Shown here piece after piece: positions 24,956 through 34,015 of a DNA stretch of 49,440 nt. The notes under the pieces are model-generated. The model saw nothing but the letters and a program-made list of their open reading frames with translations. It searched no databases and was not told the DNA's origin. This DNA is from Acidobacteriota bacterium. Its GTDB lineage: Bacteria; Acidobacteriota; Blastocatellia; Pyrinomonadales; Pyrinomonadaceae. The DNA lies in the NCBI GenBank assembly GCA_003222845.1, contig QHXG01000166.1:1-49440 (forward strand), given 5' to 3'. The position numbers were made by a program, and so were the translations under genes. Position 1 is the first letter of the stretch. Every line of letters starts with the position of its first letter.

Positions 24956-25150
24956 CTTATCACCTCCGAAGAATCTTACAAGCACCAGGCAAGTCGCATT
25001 GCGCGGCTCATTGACAAAACTCTTTTCGCGAGATTGCTGTTCGGGATTGTCCTTGAACTGGTCTGAGTCTAGCAAGCCCTCTGGCTAAGCGTCAAGCGTT
25101 GCGAGAGCTAATTCTGCGGCCGGCAAAGGCTGGGCCAGAAGGCTAATTAT

Positions 25151-25307
25151 TTGACATTTGACATTTGACATTTTTCATTTGGTCATTTGGGATATCCATC
25201 TCGTTTAGAAATGGGGGACTTCTCTCGATGCGCGGACCGGACAAATGCGCTAGTTAAACTGAGGTTTTTCCTAAATGGCAAATAAAAAATGTCAAATGCC
25301 AAATAAA
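25151..25307. repeat. heptamer-periodic inverted-repeat element (copies B and C) between the Tim44-like gene stop and carD
   Basis: The left arm is TTGACAT x3 | TTTTCAT | TTGGTCAT (25151-25190). The right arm is TAAATGG|CAAATAA|AAAATGT|CAAATGC|CAAATAA (25272-25306). The arms are about 22/27 complementary. Confidence 0.7.
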
Positions 25308-25313
25308 TCCTTT

Positions 25314-26915
25314 CTACCCAGCATAGCTTTCGTCCTGTTCGATCTTTGAAAGCACCCAGTCGAATTCGCCCGACGTGATCTTGCCACCGCAGAACTCGCA
25401 AATTCCGGAGGCATTCACTTTCAACGGCGCGCCGCAGTTTGGACAATTTAGATCGGCACGCGCCGGGCCGGGCTTGGCTTTGGTCGAGCGAATGAAGGTC
25501 CAGTACTCGCTCCACCGACGCACGTCCTTATTCGATCCGCCCACAACCCTTCCATTATTGTCTACCGTGTAATCGTAACCTTGCGCAAAGATACGCAGCG
25601 TGATCGAATCATAGAATGAATCTACTTTGATCTTCACCGGCTGCATCGCAGTGATTTGACATTGATCGAGAGCGTTGCGGAGCCCCTGCGCCCTATATGC
25701 TTCGATCCAGAAACGATGCATTTGAAAGATGTTATCGGTTTCATGCGGCCGCGCGCGTTCCCAATTCAAAGACGACCACGCTTCCTGTAATTCGTTGAAG
25801 ATTAGCCGGGCGCGCGCCTGAAAATCGGCCCAGGAAAACTCCGGATGGTTCTGTTCAAAAGCCGCGCGCACCGCCGGGAAGTTGGGCTGCGCGACCGTGG
25901 GATAATCGGTTCCCACTTCCGGCACATCGGAAGTCAGCAATGGCCCTTTCGCTTCACGCGAGAGCGTGGTTAGCTCGCGGACGTACCATTGAAATTCGCC
26001 GCTATCGATCTTCGTCCCGCAGAAGGCACAGGCGCCCGCTGTGTCTTTCTGCAAAGGAGCTCCGCAGCGTGGACAATGCAACGCCGTTGCTTGCTCTGGC
26101 GTGGGCGAAAGCACGTCGCGCTTTCGTTCCAATTCCCAGCGCTCACGCACGTAGTAACTCATCTCGCCGCGCGGGTCGCCTTCGCGCGGCGTAAACTCTG
26201 TGTAGTTGGCCTCGAATTCGATGCTGATGCAGACCGTCGGACTTGCCAGGCCGCGCACGTCCGCAACCTGCATCGCTCCCACGATGACTCCCTGTACTGC
26301 TTTCAGGTTTGACGAATTGAGTTGCAACAACGACGCACGCACCTGTTCGCTCAAATAAGGAGACAGGAGATCGAGCGCTTTCGGGCCCTGCCCACGGGCT
26401 TCGTGAGCGCGACCATATAGCGCATAACAAAAATCTGTGAAGATGATTTCCGAGAAGTTGGGATCAAAGCGTCGTAGTTGATTGAACTCGCGCTGGAAAC
26501 CCTGCTGTCGTGCGGGAGCCGCAGCCGCGCCTGAGACCCCCAGAATGGACGACGAAGTAGCGGCGATGGCTTTTTTTGATGGCCGCGTGAACCAATAGAT
26601 CACAAGTCCGATAACAATGATGTCGACCGGAATCCCGATCACCGGATGTTCGATCGTCAGCCAAAGCAGGAACCTAATCAGCAGATAAATGAGCGCGCCG
26701 GCTCCACCGCCGCCCCCACCGTGACCTCCGCCGCCTCCGTATGATTGGCCGCCACCGACGCGAGCAAAAACATCCGCTGCCAAAGCGGCGGTAAGGAAAG
26801 CCACACCGCCAATCGCCACGGCCTTTCTTAAGTTGGAAAGCGTTCGTTGATTCATCTCGAATGCGGTTACATTCCCCGCCGTGGCTTTAGGCGGGCGTTG
26901 GCAGCGCTGAGTCAA
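25314..26915 (-). CDS. membrane protein with Gly-rich segment and two Tim44-like/NTF2-like modules, each ending in a zinc ribbon
   Basis: 533 aa (start uncertain: TTG 26915 or ATG 26855). It has a TM helix, 'GGGQSYGGGGGHGGGGGGAG' and a second TM. The internal duplication ends in 'CPRCGAPLQKDTAGACAFCGTKIDSGEFQWYV' and 'CPNCGAPLKVNASGICEFCGGKITSGEFDWVL'. Confidence 0.6.
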   Translation of the reverse strand: MTQRCQRPPKATAGNVTAFEMNQRTLSNLRKAVAIGGVAFLTAALAADVFARVGGGQSYGGGGGHGGGGGGAGALIYLLIRFLLWLTIEHPVIGIPVDIIVIGLVIYWFTRPSKKAIAATSSSILGVSGAAAAPARQQGFQREFNQLRRFDPNFSEIIFTDFCYALYGRAHEARGQGPKALDLLSPYLSEQVRASLLQLNSSNLKAVQGVIVGAMQVADVRGLASPTVCISIEFEANYTEFTPREGDPRGEMSYYVRERWELERKRDVLSPTPEQATALHCPRCGAPLQKDTAGACAFCGTKIDSGEFQWYVRELTTLSREAKGPLLTSDVPEVGTDYPTVAQPNFPAVRAAFEQNHPEFSWADFQARARLIFNELQEAWSSLNWERARPHETDNIFQMHRFWIEAYRAQGLRNALDQCQITAMQPVKIKVDSFYDSITLRIFAQGYDYTVDNNGRVVGGSNKDVRRWSEYWTFIRSTKAKPGPARADLNCPNCGAPLKVNASGICEFCGGKITSGEFDWVLSKIEQDESYAG

Positions 26916-26933
26916 ACTAAAATCTATCGGACA

Positions 26934-27563
26934 TCATTTCAGTTCAATGCGCGGACCATCAGCTAACTCATTAGGGTTCTCGCCGGTTGGCGGCAGATGC
27001 TCAGCGAGCACGCGTCCCAAATCGTGCACGGCTTTCACGAGCTTTTCAGGTTCAGGGTCGTGCGCCACTTGCTTTAGCTCAAAGATCGTATGGTTCCATT
27101 TCAGAGGCGGCACGGCTTTTAATATTCCACGATCTGCAATTACTTCGAGGCGTCGCTCGAGCAGCGACAAATAAATCAGCACGCCGTTTTCTGCATGCGT
27201 GTTGGCAATGCCCGCTTCGTAGAACATTGCCGCAGCGCCATTGCGAGCAGCCTGGGCCCGAAACTTTTTCGCCGTCAGGAGGCGCCGAATCATGTCGCTG
27301 CGCGAAGAGAGAAAAGCACCGGTGACGAACAGCAGGACCACATCAATCGGAACCCAATAGGTATGAAACTCAAAAGGCGAGAACAGAACAAAGATTAACC
27401 CAATAAGGGCAAGGATCGCTCCGCACAGATAGTCGGCATGCCGATAATTTCCCGAGCGACCGCGCACTACAATCACAATTTCGGCGTCAGTGTCTTTCTC
27501 AATGTCGCGGACGGCTCTGGCCAGCAGGTCGCTTGAGGCCTGATCAAATTTAGCGCGTTTCAT
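26934..27563 (-). CDS. TPM-domain-like membrane protein
   Basis: 209 aa with 'IEKDTDAEIVIVVRGRSGNY', two TM helices and a C-terminal soluble part. The assignment to the TPM (TLP18.3/Psb32/MOLO-1) fold is tentative. Confidence 0.45.
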   Translation of the reverse strand: MKRAKFDQASSDLLARAVRDIEKDTDAEIVIVVRGRSGNYRHADYLCGAILALIGLIFVLFSPFEFHTYWVPIDVVLLFVTGAFLSSRSDMIRRLLTAKKFRAQAARNGAAAMFYEAGIANTHAENGVLIYLSLLERRLEVIADRGILKAVPPLKWNHTIFELKQVAHDPEPEKLVKAVHDLGRVLAEHLPPTGENPNELADGPRIELK

Positions 27564-27658
27564 GACTTAAGGAAGTAAGTCTAGCAAGTTTTGTCGGACA
27601 TGCGAACGGCCCAGCAAGGTTACTGGGCCGCGATCGTCTGCATGCTCCAAAGCGCCGG

Positions 27659-28006
27659 TTATTTGAAACTGCTTAAGGCCTCAGTTTCGTCGTCATAAAC
27701 GTCAAACACCGTCAGCAGTTTCGTGATCACGAGCAAGTCCTGGACTTTGTCGGTCAGGTGCATCAGCTTGAGTTGGCCGCCGCCGCGACCCACGGTCGTG
27801 TAGTTGGCAATCAATTCACCGATGCCGCTCGAATCGATGTACTTCACCCCAGCCAAATTCAAAAGGATCTTCTGATTGCCGCCGGCAACCAGACTTCGGA
27901 TCGCGCCGCGCAGGGCGGTGGCGCTGTCGCCCATGCGAACATCGCCATCGAGATCCACAATGGCGACATCGCCCGCCTGTCTCTCTTTTATGTTTAGTTG
28001 AGCCAT
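27659..28006 (-). CDS. STAS-domain anti-sigma factor antagonist (RsbV/SpoIIAA-like)
   Basis: 115 aa. '[20 protein letters not shown]' carries the conserved phospho-Ser context (DSSG). Confidence 0.85.
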   Translation of the reverse strand: MAQLNIKERQAGDVAIVDLDGDVRMGDSATALRGAIRSLVAGGNQKILLNLAGVKYIDSSGIGELIANYTTVGRGGGQLKLMHLTDKVQDLLVITKLLTVFDVYDDETEALSSFK

Positions 28007-28070
28007 AACTGAAAACCTCCGAGAAAAACTCTGCCAAGATTGAATTCAAACTTCTGCTGCTCCGACACAT

Positions 28071-28418
28071 CTACTTGAAGCTGCTGAGCGCCTCGGCTTC
28101 GCTATCGTACGCGTCGAAGACAGTCAATAGCTTCGTGATCGTCAAGAGGTCTTGCAGCTTCTGGGTCAGGCTGAGGAGTTTGAGTTGTCCGCCCTCCTTA
28201 TTAATCGCCGTGTAGCTCGAGACCAACTCGCCAATGCCGCTGGAATCAATGTAGCCAACGCCTGCCAAATTCAGCAGAAGTTTCTTCTTTCCTTCTTCCA
28301 GCAAGCGGCGGACAGCGCTACGCAACGCGACGCTGCCTTCGCCAATTGTGATCCGGCCATCCATGTCGAGAACCGTCACGTCGCCGGCCTGTCGCTCGCG
28401 GATATTTAGTTCTGCCAT
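28071..28418 (-). CDS. STAS-domain anti-sigma factor antagonist (tandem paralog)
   Basis: 115 aa, roughly two-thirds identical by eye to 27659-28006. '[20 protein letters not shown]'. Confidence 0.85.
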   Translation of the reverse strand: MAELNIRERQAGDVTVLDMDGRITIGEGSVALRSAVRRLLEEGKKKLLLNLAGVGYIDSSGIGELVSSYTAINKEGGQLKLLSLTQKLQDLLTITKLLTVFDAYDSEAEALSSFK

Positions 28419-28479
28419 GATTCTCTTCTTCTCCTCTTTCGGGTATGAGATCTGGAATTTTGAATCTTAAATCCCTTTT

Positions 28480-28552
28480 GGTCTTTGTGCTTTGTTCTTT
28501 GTACTTAGTTCTTGTTTCCACCTAAGCACAAAGTACTAAGCACAAAGAACAT
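28480..28552. repeat. heptamer-periodic hairpin element inside the rsbW-rsbV intercistronic gap
   Basis: CTTTGTG|CTTTGTT|CTTTGTA|CTTAGTT|CTTGTTT faces CTAAGCA|CAAAGTA|CTAAGCA|CAAAGAA. Nested complementary words include tctttgtgctt/aagcacaaaga. Confidence 0.7.
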
Positions 28553-28559
28553 CCTGAGT

Positions 28560-28973
28560 TCAGAACCGTTTGACCATATGCAACATGGTGCCGCCTTCAG
28601 GCCTAGATGACCATCGCACCTCGTCCATAAAATTGCGTATCAAAAAAATCCCACGGCCTGATGTCTTCAAGAGATTCGCCGGTGCGGTCGGATCAGGCAC
28701 GCTTGCCGGATCGAATCCTTCGCCCTGGTCTTTTACGTCAATTTCAAGCGCCCGGCCCGCGCAATTAAAACTTACTTCAATTGACTTCGTGTCGTCCTCG
28801 TTATTGGCATGCACGATCGCGTTGGTCACCGCTTCGCGCACGGCGATGTCGATGCCAAAGGCGGCTTCGTCTCCGACGCCGCAGTTCTGTGCAAAGCTCG
28901 CCACGGCGGCAGCAGCCTCGGCAACCGCCTCGATGTGGCTGGGCAAAACGAGTCGAGTCGTTTGGTCGGTCAC
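28560..28973 (-). CDS. anti-sigma regulatory factor, Ser/Thr kinase (RsbW/SpoIIAB-like, HATPase_c_2)
   Basis: 137 aa with 'REAVTNAIVHAN' (N-box) and 'DQGEGFD...SGRGIFLIRNFMDEV' (G-boxes). Confidence 0.85.
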   Translation of the reverse strand: MTDQTTRLVLPSHIEAVAEAAAAVASFAQNCGVGDEAAFGIDIAVREAVTNAIVHANNEDDTKSIEVSFNCAGRALEIDVKDQGEGFDPASVPDPTAPANLLKTSGRGIFLIRNFMDEVRWSSRPEGGTMLHMVKRF

Positions 28974-29093
28974 AAAAGCCGCGGTCTCTTTCGCCGGGAA
29001 TCGCTTCTAACTGCTGCAAGTAATAACTGACGGAAGACGGACGTGTAACATGCTCGCTGGCTGTGTGTCAAGAAAGTCAGTTAAGATTCTTTC

Positions 29094-30416
29094 GTGATCA
29101 TGCAACCGGCAAAGAGAATCCGCGGGCGTCTAACGGTTCCCGGAGACAAATCCATTTCTCACCGGGCGGCGATGATTGCGGCGATGGCGGAAGGCAGCTC
29201 CCGGATTACGAACTTTTCTACGAGTGTCGACTGCGCGGCAACCTTGGCTTGTCTGGAACAACTCGGAGTCTCGATCGAGCGTGACGGTGGGGACCTTTTG
29301 ATTCATGGCGTTGGGTTGAATGGCCTGAGGGCGCCGGCTGCGCCACTTGATTGCCGGAACAGTGGTACGACGATGCGTCTGCTTGCCGGAATCCTCGCTG
29401 GACAGAATTTTAAGACCGAACTTACGGGGGACGAGTCCCTGCGTTCGCGTCCGATGCAGCGAATCATCGAGCCACTCGAGATGATGGGCGCGCGTATTTC
29501 GTCGCACGAAGGACGTGCGCCGCTGGCGATCGAAGGACGCAGGCGGCTTCACGCAATAACTTATAAGCTGCTGGTGGCGAGCGCCCAGGTAAAGTCGTGC
29601 GTGCTGTTAGCTGGACTCAACGCCGAGGCGCAAACGGAGGTTATCGAGAACGAGCCGACCCGAGATCACACCGAACGAATGCTGCGTTGGTTCGATGTTC
29701 CGATCGAGACCGGCAAGGCTGAACGCGAAGGCAAAGCCGCGCATTTTGCTGCGGTCTCTGGCCCTGCGCGCTTCGTGGCCCGTGAGGTGTCGATTCCTGG
29801 CGACATTTCTTCCGCCGCCTATTTCATCGCCGCTGCAGCCTTGATGCCCAATTCTTCAATTGAGATTGATAATGTCGGCCTGAACCCTACTCGCACGTCT
29901 TTCCTGAATCAGCTACGCGCGCTTGGCTTTGAAGCTCGCGTCACCGAAGCTCGCGAACAAAGCAATGAACCCGTCGGCCTGGTGGGCGTTCATGGTGCAG
30001 AAGAACCGCGGCTGCCGGCAGACCTTCAGCAACCGTTCTTGATTGATGGTTTAGCGATCGCCCAGTTGATTGACGAACTGCCCTTGCTCGCCGTGGTTGG
30101 TTCGCAGATCGAGGGCGGCCTTGAGATTCGCGACGCGGCCGAGCTGCGCGTCAAGGAATCTGATCGCATTGCGACCACGGCGGACGGTCTTAGGGCGATG
30201 GGCGTGGAAGTCGAGGAATTCGACGACGGCCTGCGCGTCGCCGGTCCCGCTCGATTGCGCGGAGCAGAAATCGATTCGCGTGGCGATCACCGGATCGCCA
30301 TGGCGTTCAGCGTCGCCGGATTGATCGCTGAAGGAAGAACGGAAATCAAGGATGCTGATTGCGTTGCCGTCTCTTTTCCGGAATTTTTCGGCCTGCTCGA
30401 TTCCGTGATTGAGTAG
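29094..30416 (+). CDS. aroA: 3-phosphoshikimate 1-carboxyvinyltransferase (EPSP synthase)
   Basis: 440 aa with 'VPGDKSISHRAAM', 'NSGTTMRLLAGIL', 'LRVKESDRI' and 'DHRIAMAF'. Confidence 0.9.
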   Translation: MIMQPAKRIRGRLTVPGDKSISHRAAMIAAMAEGSSRITNFSTSVDCAATLACLEQLGVSIERDGGDLLIHGVGLNGLRAPAAPLDCRNSGTTMRLLAGILAGQNFKTELTGDESLRSRPMQRIIEPLEMMGARISSHEGRAPLAIEGRRRLHAITYKLLVASAQVKSCVLLAGLNAEAQTEVIENEPTRDHTERMLRWFDVPIETGKAEREGKAAHFAAVSGPARFVAREVSIPGDISSAAYFIAAAALMPNSSIEIDNVGLNPTRTSFLNQLRALGFEARVTEAREQSNEPVGLVGVHGAEEPRLPADLQQPFLIDGLAIAQLIDELPLLAVVGSQIEGGLEIRDAAELRVKESDRIATTADGLRAMGVEVEEFDDGLRVAGPARLRGAEIDSRGDHRIAMAFSVAGLIAEGRTEIKDADCVAVSFPEFFGLLDSVIE

Positions 30417-30449
30417 CGCAAGCTGACAGCTTGCGCCACATGCCGTGCA

Positions 30450-30959
30450 ATGAAAGATCATCGCATCGTGATCGTTGGTTTCATGGGTTGCGGCAAGACT
30501 ACAGTCGGCCGCGCCCTGGCCCAGCGGCTGGGCTGTGAAATGGTCGATCTGGATTCTTTCATCTCCGAACGCCAAGGGCGCTCGGCGGCAGAAATTATTC
30601 AGCAGGACGGAGAGCCCTGTTTTCGTGAAATTGAAACTCTCGCCTTACGAGATGTCTTGCAGAAACCCGACGTGCGTGTCATCGCGATGGGTGGCGGAAC
30701 GTGGACTATTCCCGCGAACCGTACGCTCATAGCCCTTAATGATGTTTTGTGCTTTTGGCTTGACGCGTCATTCGAACTCTGCTGGCAGCGGATCACCTCG
30801 AGCAGTAGTACGCCGCGGCCGCTCGCTCCCGACCTCGACAGTTCGCATCGGCTGTACGAGTCTCGCCGCGCAAGTTATAACCTGGCCACTGTTCGGATCC
30901 CTGTGCACGACTTTGACAGCGCCGAAACACTTGCGGAAAGAATCTTGGCACAATCTTGA
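30450..30959 (+). CDS. aroK: shikimate kinase
   Basis: 169 aa with P-loop 'GFMGCGKTTVGRALA', 'DLD' and 'FRE.E'. It lies directly after aroA. Confidence 0.85.
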   Translation: MKDHRIVIVGFMGCGKTTVGRALAQRLGCEMVDLDSFISERQGRSAAEIIQQDGEPCFREIETLALRDVLQKPDVRVIAMGGGTWTIPANRTLIALNDVLCFWLDASFELCWQRITSSSSTPRPLAPDLDSSHRLYESRRASYNLATVRIPVHDFDSAETLAERILAQS

Positions 30960-31014
30960 CCGGCTTTTCCGAGCAAAGCTCGCCGGGCGCTTCAGGTTGT
31001 CCTAAAATCAACTC

Positions 31015-32520
31015 GTGACAAAGACTTCGACTGCATTAGACAAACGTAAAGCGCTAGCCGATGAAGATCGCTGGAAACAACTCGCGCGATTGCATAGCGA
31101 CGGCTACTACATTTTGAGAACCGAAGACACCGGCGATGTGCCGGTGCGTTTATTTCTAACCTCTTCTCTTCTCGAGTCAGCAGAAGACATTCTCTATAGA
31201 CAGATCGTCAACGCGACTCGCTTTCCAGGCGTGAAGATGGTCGTGATTACGCCTGACGTCCATTATGGCTATGGTGTTCCCGTCGGTTGCGTCATGATCA
31301 CTGATTACGAAAACGGAGCGATCGCGATGGGACCGGTCGGTTACGATATAGGGTGTGGAATGATCAGCGCAAAGTCCGACGTGCCCGCCAACAAGGCCAC
31401 CCCGGATAAACGCCTCGAGTTCAATCAAGGTGTGATGCAACGAATCGAGATGGGCGCCGGCGGCAAGAGTCATCGAATGCGCAACCTCTCACAGACGGAG
31501 TTCTACAATCTAGTGCGCGGCGGTGCGGCTTATTACATCGAGCAATACGGCGCCACGATCGATCGCAGCCGCGCTGAGCGCCAGCGCATCCCGGTCGATG
31601 AAGGTTGGGAAGTGCCTTGGGGTGGAAAAGGCAAACCCGAACGAGGCATGCAACAGTTGGGCAGTCTTGGCGGTGGAAATCACTTCATTGAATTGCAGCG
31701 CGCTGCCGAGACCGAAACGCTATTCGTGCAAGTGCACACCGGCAGTCGCGGGTTTGGCCACGGCATGGCCACAAACTATTTCGAGTTGGCGCGCGCCGAA
31801 AGGCCTGACGAAATAATGCAACTTGATCTCGGCTATTTCACGCCGGACTCGAAACATTATCGCGACTATCTCAATGCCGTCGCCGCCGGCGGCAACTACG
31901 CGATTCTCAATCGTCTGATCCTTTTCGAACAAGTCGCCGAAGAGTTTCGCGAAACCTTCGATGCTGAGCTGGAACTAATTTATGAGCTCAGCCACAACCT
32001 GGTACAGAAAGAATGGCATCCGGACTTTGGCGACGTGTGGGTGCACCGCAAAGGCGCGACGCGCGCGTTTCCCGCGGGCTATCCGTTGCTGCGCGGCACG
32101 ATGTGGGAAGACACGGGCCATCCGGTTTTGATTCCCGGCAGCAACAAAGATTTCAGTTACGTCCTCCGGCCACTGCCCGGCGCGGTGAAGAGCGGCTTCT
32201 CAGTCAATCACGGCGCAGGCCGCCGCATGTCGCGCGGGCAAGCCGCAAAGACTTTGTCGCAGAGAAAGATCGATGAAGAATACGCCGCCGCTGGAATCCT
32301 GGTCAACGTCGACGGCCACGTGCCGATTGACGAATCGGCGCCCTGCTACAAGCCCGCCGAAGAAGTGGTGCAGTGCGTCGTCGATGCTGGTCTCGCCAAG
32401 ATCGAATTCACTTTGTCGCCGCTGAGTTCGCTGAAGGGAACCGAAGAAGGGCGCTTCTGGCGAAAACGAAAAAAGAAGGCGCGCAGAAGAGCAAAGGGAA
32501 GATCAAACGAACACTACTAG
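31015..32520 (+). CDS. rtcB: RtcB-family RNA 3'-phosphate ligase
   Basis: 501 aa with 'PDVHYGYGVPVGCV', 'GYDIGCGM', 'GGGNHFIELQ' and 'HNLV', plus a polybasic C-terminal tail 'RKRKKKARRRAKGR'. Confidence 0.85.
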   Translation: MTKTSTALDKRKALADEDRWKQLARLHSDGYYILRTEDTGDVPVRLFLTSSLLESAEDILYRQIVNATRFPGVKMVVITPDVHYGYGVPVGCVMITDYENGAIAMGPVGYDIGCGMISAKSDVPANKATPDKRLEFNQGVMQRIEMGAGGKSHRMRNLSQTEFYNLVRGGAAYYIEQYGATIDRSRAERQRIPVDEGWEVPWGGKGKPERGMQQLGSLGGGNHFIELQRAAETETLFVQVHTGSRGFGHGMATNYFELARAERPDEIMQLDLGYFTPDSKHYRDYLNAVAAGGNYAILNRLILFEQVAEEFRETFDAELELIYELSHNLVQKEWHPDFGDVWVHRKGATRAFPAGYPLLRGTMWEDTGHPVLIPGSNKDFSYVLRPLPGAVKSGFSVNHGAGRRMSRGQAAKTLSQRKIDEEYAAAGILVNVDGHVPIDESAPCYKPAEEVVQCVVDAGLAKIEFTLSPLSSLKGTEEGRFWRKRKKKARRRAKGRSNEHY

Positions 32521-32569
32521 CCCCGGTTCCGCCACATCTGCGCCACGACCTCGCGGTTTGAACAAAAAG

Positions 32570-33778
32570 ATGAGCACTGCTCATTTCACGATTACGGCAC
32601 TCATCGTTCTGCTCTTAATCGCTTCGGCAGTGGCCATGGCCACGAAATGGGTGCCCGTGCCATACACCGTCGCTCTGGTCATAGTCGGCCTGGCTATCAG
32701 TCCATTTAGTTTTCGGCCGGCGGTGCACATTTCGCCGGATTTGATTTGGCTAATCTTCCTGCCTCCGCTGCTCTTTGAAGCGTCGTGGAATCTGAAGCTG
32801 GATAGTTTGCGCGCCAACCTGATTCCGATTCTGTCGCTCGCCTTTGTCGGCGTCGGGCTCTCTTTCGGAATTATCGGATTGATCCTGCACTACGCCGCCG
32901 GCCTGGGCTGGTCATCCTCGTTGCTTTTCGGCGCGCTGATTTCAGCCACCGATCCGGTTTCTGTCCTGGCGCTCTTCAAGAAACTGGGCGCGCCGCTGCG
33001 CCTCACTATCATTGTGGAAGCTGAAAGTCTCTTTAACGATGGCGCCGCGGCGGTGGTCTTCCGCATTCTCCTCGGCATCGTGATCGGAGCCGCAACCTTC
33101 AACTCCAAGGTACCTCTGGCGGTAAGCTCTGTGGCTTGGTTTCTTCTGGCTACGATTGGCGGTGTTCTTGTCGGCGCCCTGATTGGCTTTGCCGCTTCCG
33201 CGCTCACCGGCAGGTTTGACGATCATCTTTTGGAGGTGACGTTGACTACGATCTCCGCCTACGGAACATTCATCGTGGCCGACGCGCTTTACGTCTCTCC
33301 GGTGATTGCGGTGGTCGTAGTCGGCATCGTCATCGGCAACTACGGGCGCCGCAGAAAAATGTCGCCTAATACGCAAGTCGCGGTTGATTCTTTTTGGGAA
33401 TACGCCGCCTTCGTCGCCAACTCGCTGGTCTTTCTCTTGATCGGTCTGGAGATACCGCTCGCGTTGTTACTTCAGCATTGGCTGCTGATTCTTTGGGCAA
33501 TTCTGGCGATGACGGTCGCCAGGGCGATGAGCGTCTATGGACTCTTTCCCATCATCCATCGCTTTACTGAGCGCGTTGCCGGCCGTTGGCAACACATAAT
33601 CTTCTGGGGCGGCTTGCGTGGGTCGCTTTCGATAGCTTTGGCGCTGAGCTTGCCGGCAACTGTTCCCGGCCGAGTAGAACTTGTGGCCATGACCTTTGGC
33701 GCCGTCACTTTTAGCTTGCTCCTTCAAGGACTGACGATTTCCCCTTTGATGAACCGTCTGAGAATAGAACGACGATGA
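32570..33778 (+). CDS. CPA1-family cation:proton (Na+/H+) antiporter, NhaP-type
   Basis: About 402 aa from ATG 32570 (the track's TTG is at 32558). It has 10-12 TM helices and 'GALISATDPVSV', 'ESLFNDGAA' motifs. Confidence 0.8.
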   Translation: MSTAHFTITALIVLLLIASAVAMATKWVPVPYTVALVIVGLAISPFSFRPAVHISPDLIWLIFLPPLLFEASWNLKLDSLRANLIPILSLAFVGVGLSFGIIGLILHYAAGLGWSSSLLFGALISATDPVSVLALFKKLGAPLRLTIIVEAESLFNDGAAAVVFRILLGIVIGAATFNSKVPLAVSSVAWFLLATIGGVLVGALIGFAASALTGRFDDHLLEVTLTTISAYGTFIVADALYVSPVIAVVVVGIVIGNYGRRRKMSPNTQVAVDSFWEYAAFVANSLVFLLIGLEIPLALLLQHWLLILWAILAMTVARAMSVYGLFPIIHRFTERVAGRWQHIIFWGGLRGSLSIALALSLPATVPGRVELVAMTFGAVTFSLLLQGLTISPLMNRLRIERR

Positions 33779-34015
33779 TGTGAGTCGGGCGCGAAAAGCT
33801 CGGCTTCACTATTTCCACGACTACTTTCACCACGTCGCGTGGCAACATCCGTGTCCATCTCCCGGATGATATGGCCGCGGGCGATACGAATGGTTCAATG
33901 ACCTCTGGATGCGCTTTCGTAATGGTGTCCCGCCGCCCAAGTAAGGCGCTTCAGTAAGACCCTTTCGCGACGGTTTATCCTTCACTCCGCGTTCCTTTTC
34001 CTTTAATCTCCCAGT

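Noticed and set aside
25151-25171. Three tandem TTGACA(T) hexamers as a stacked -35 promoter
   Set aside because: No convincing -10 box lies 16-19 nt downstream of any copy. The plus-strand direction would only give antisense transcription into the Tim44-like gene. The tract is better explained as the periodic arm of the inverted-repeat element.
31015-32520. RtcB as part of an RtcBA/RtcR RNA-repair operon or a defence-linked module
   Set aside because: No rtcA, rtcR, Ro/Y-RNA or toxin gene is adjacent. Its neighbours are aroK and an antiporter. Only the polybasic C-terminal tail is slightly unusual.
33779-34015. 237-bp ORF-free gap upstream of murA, examined for a tRNA, riboswitch or sRNA
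   Set aside because: I found no cloverleaf-compatible stems, no T-loop GTTCRANYC motif and no recognisable riboswitch core by eye. Only short broken ORFs are present. It cannot be called without a covariance-model (Rfam/Infernal) scan.
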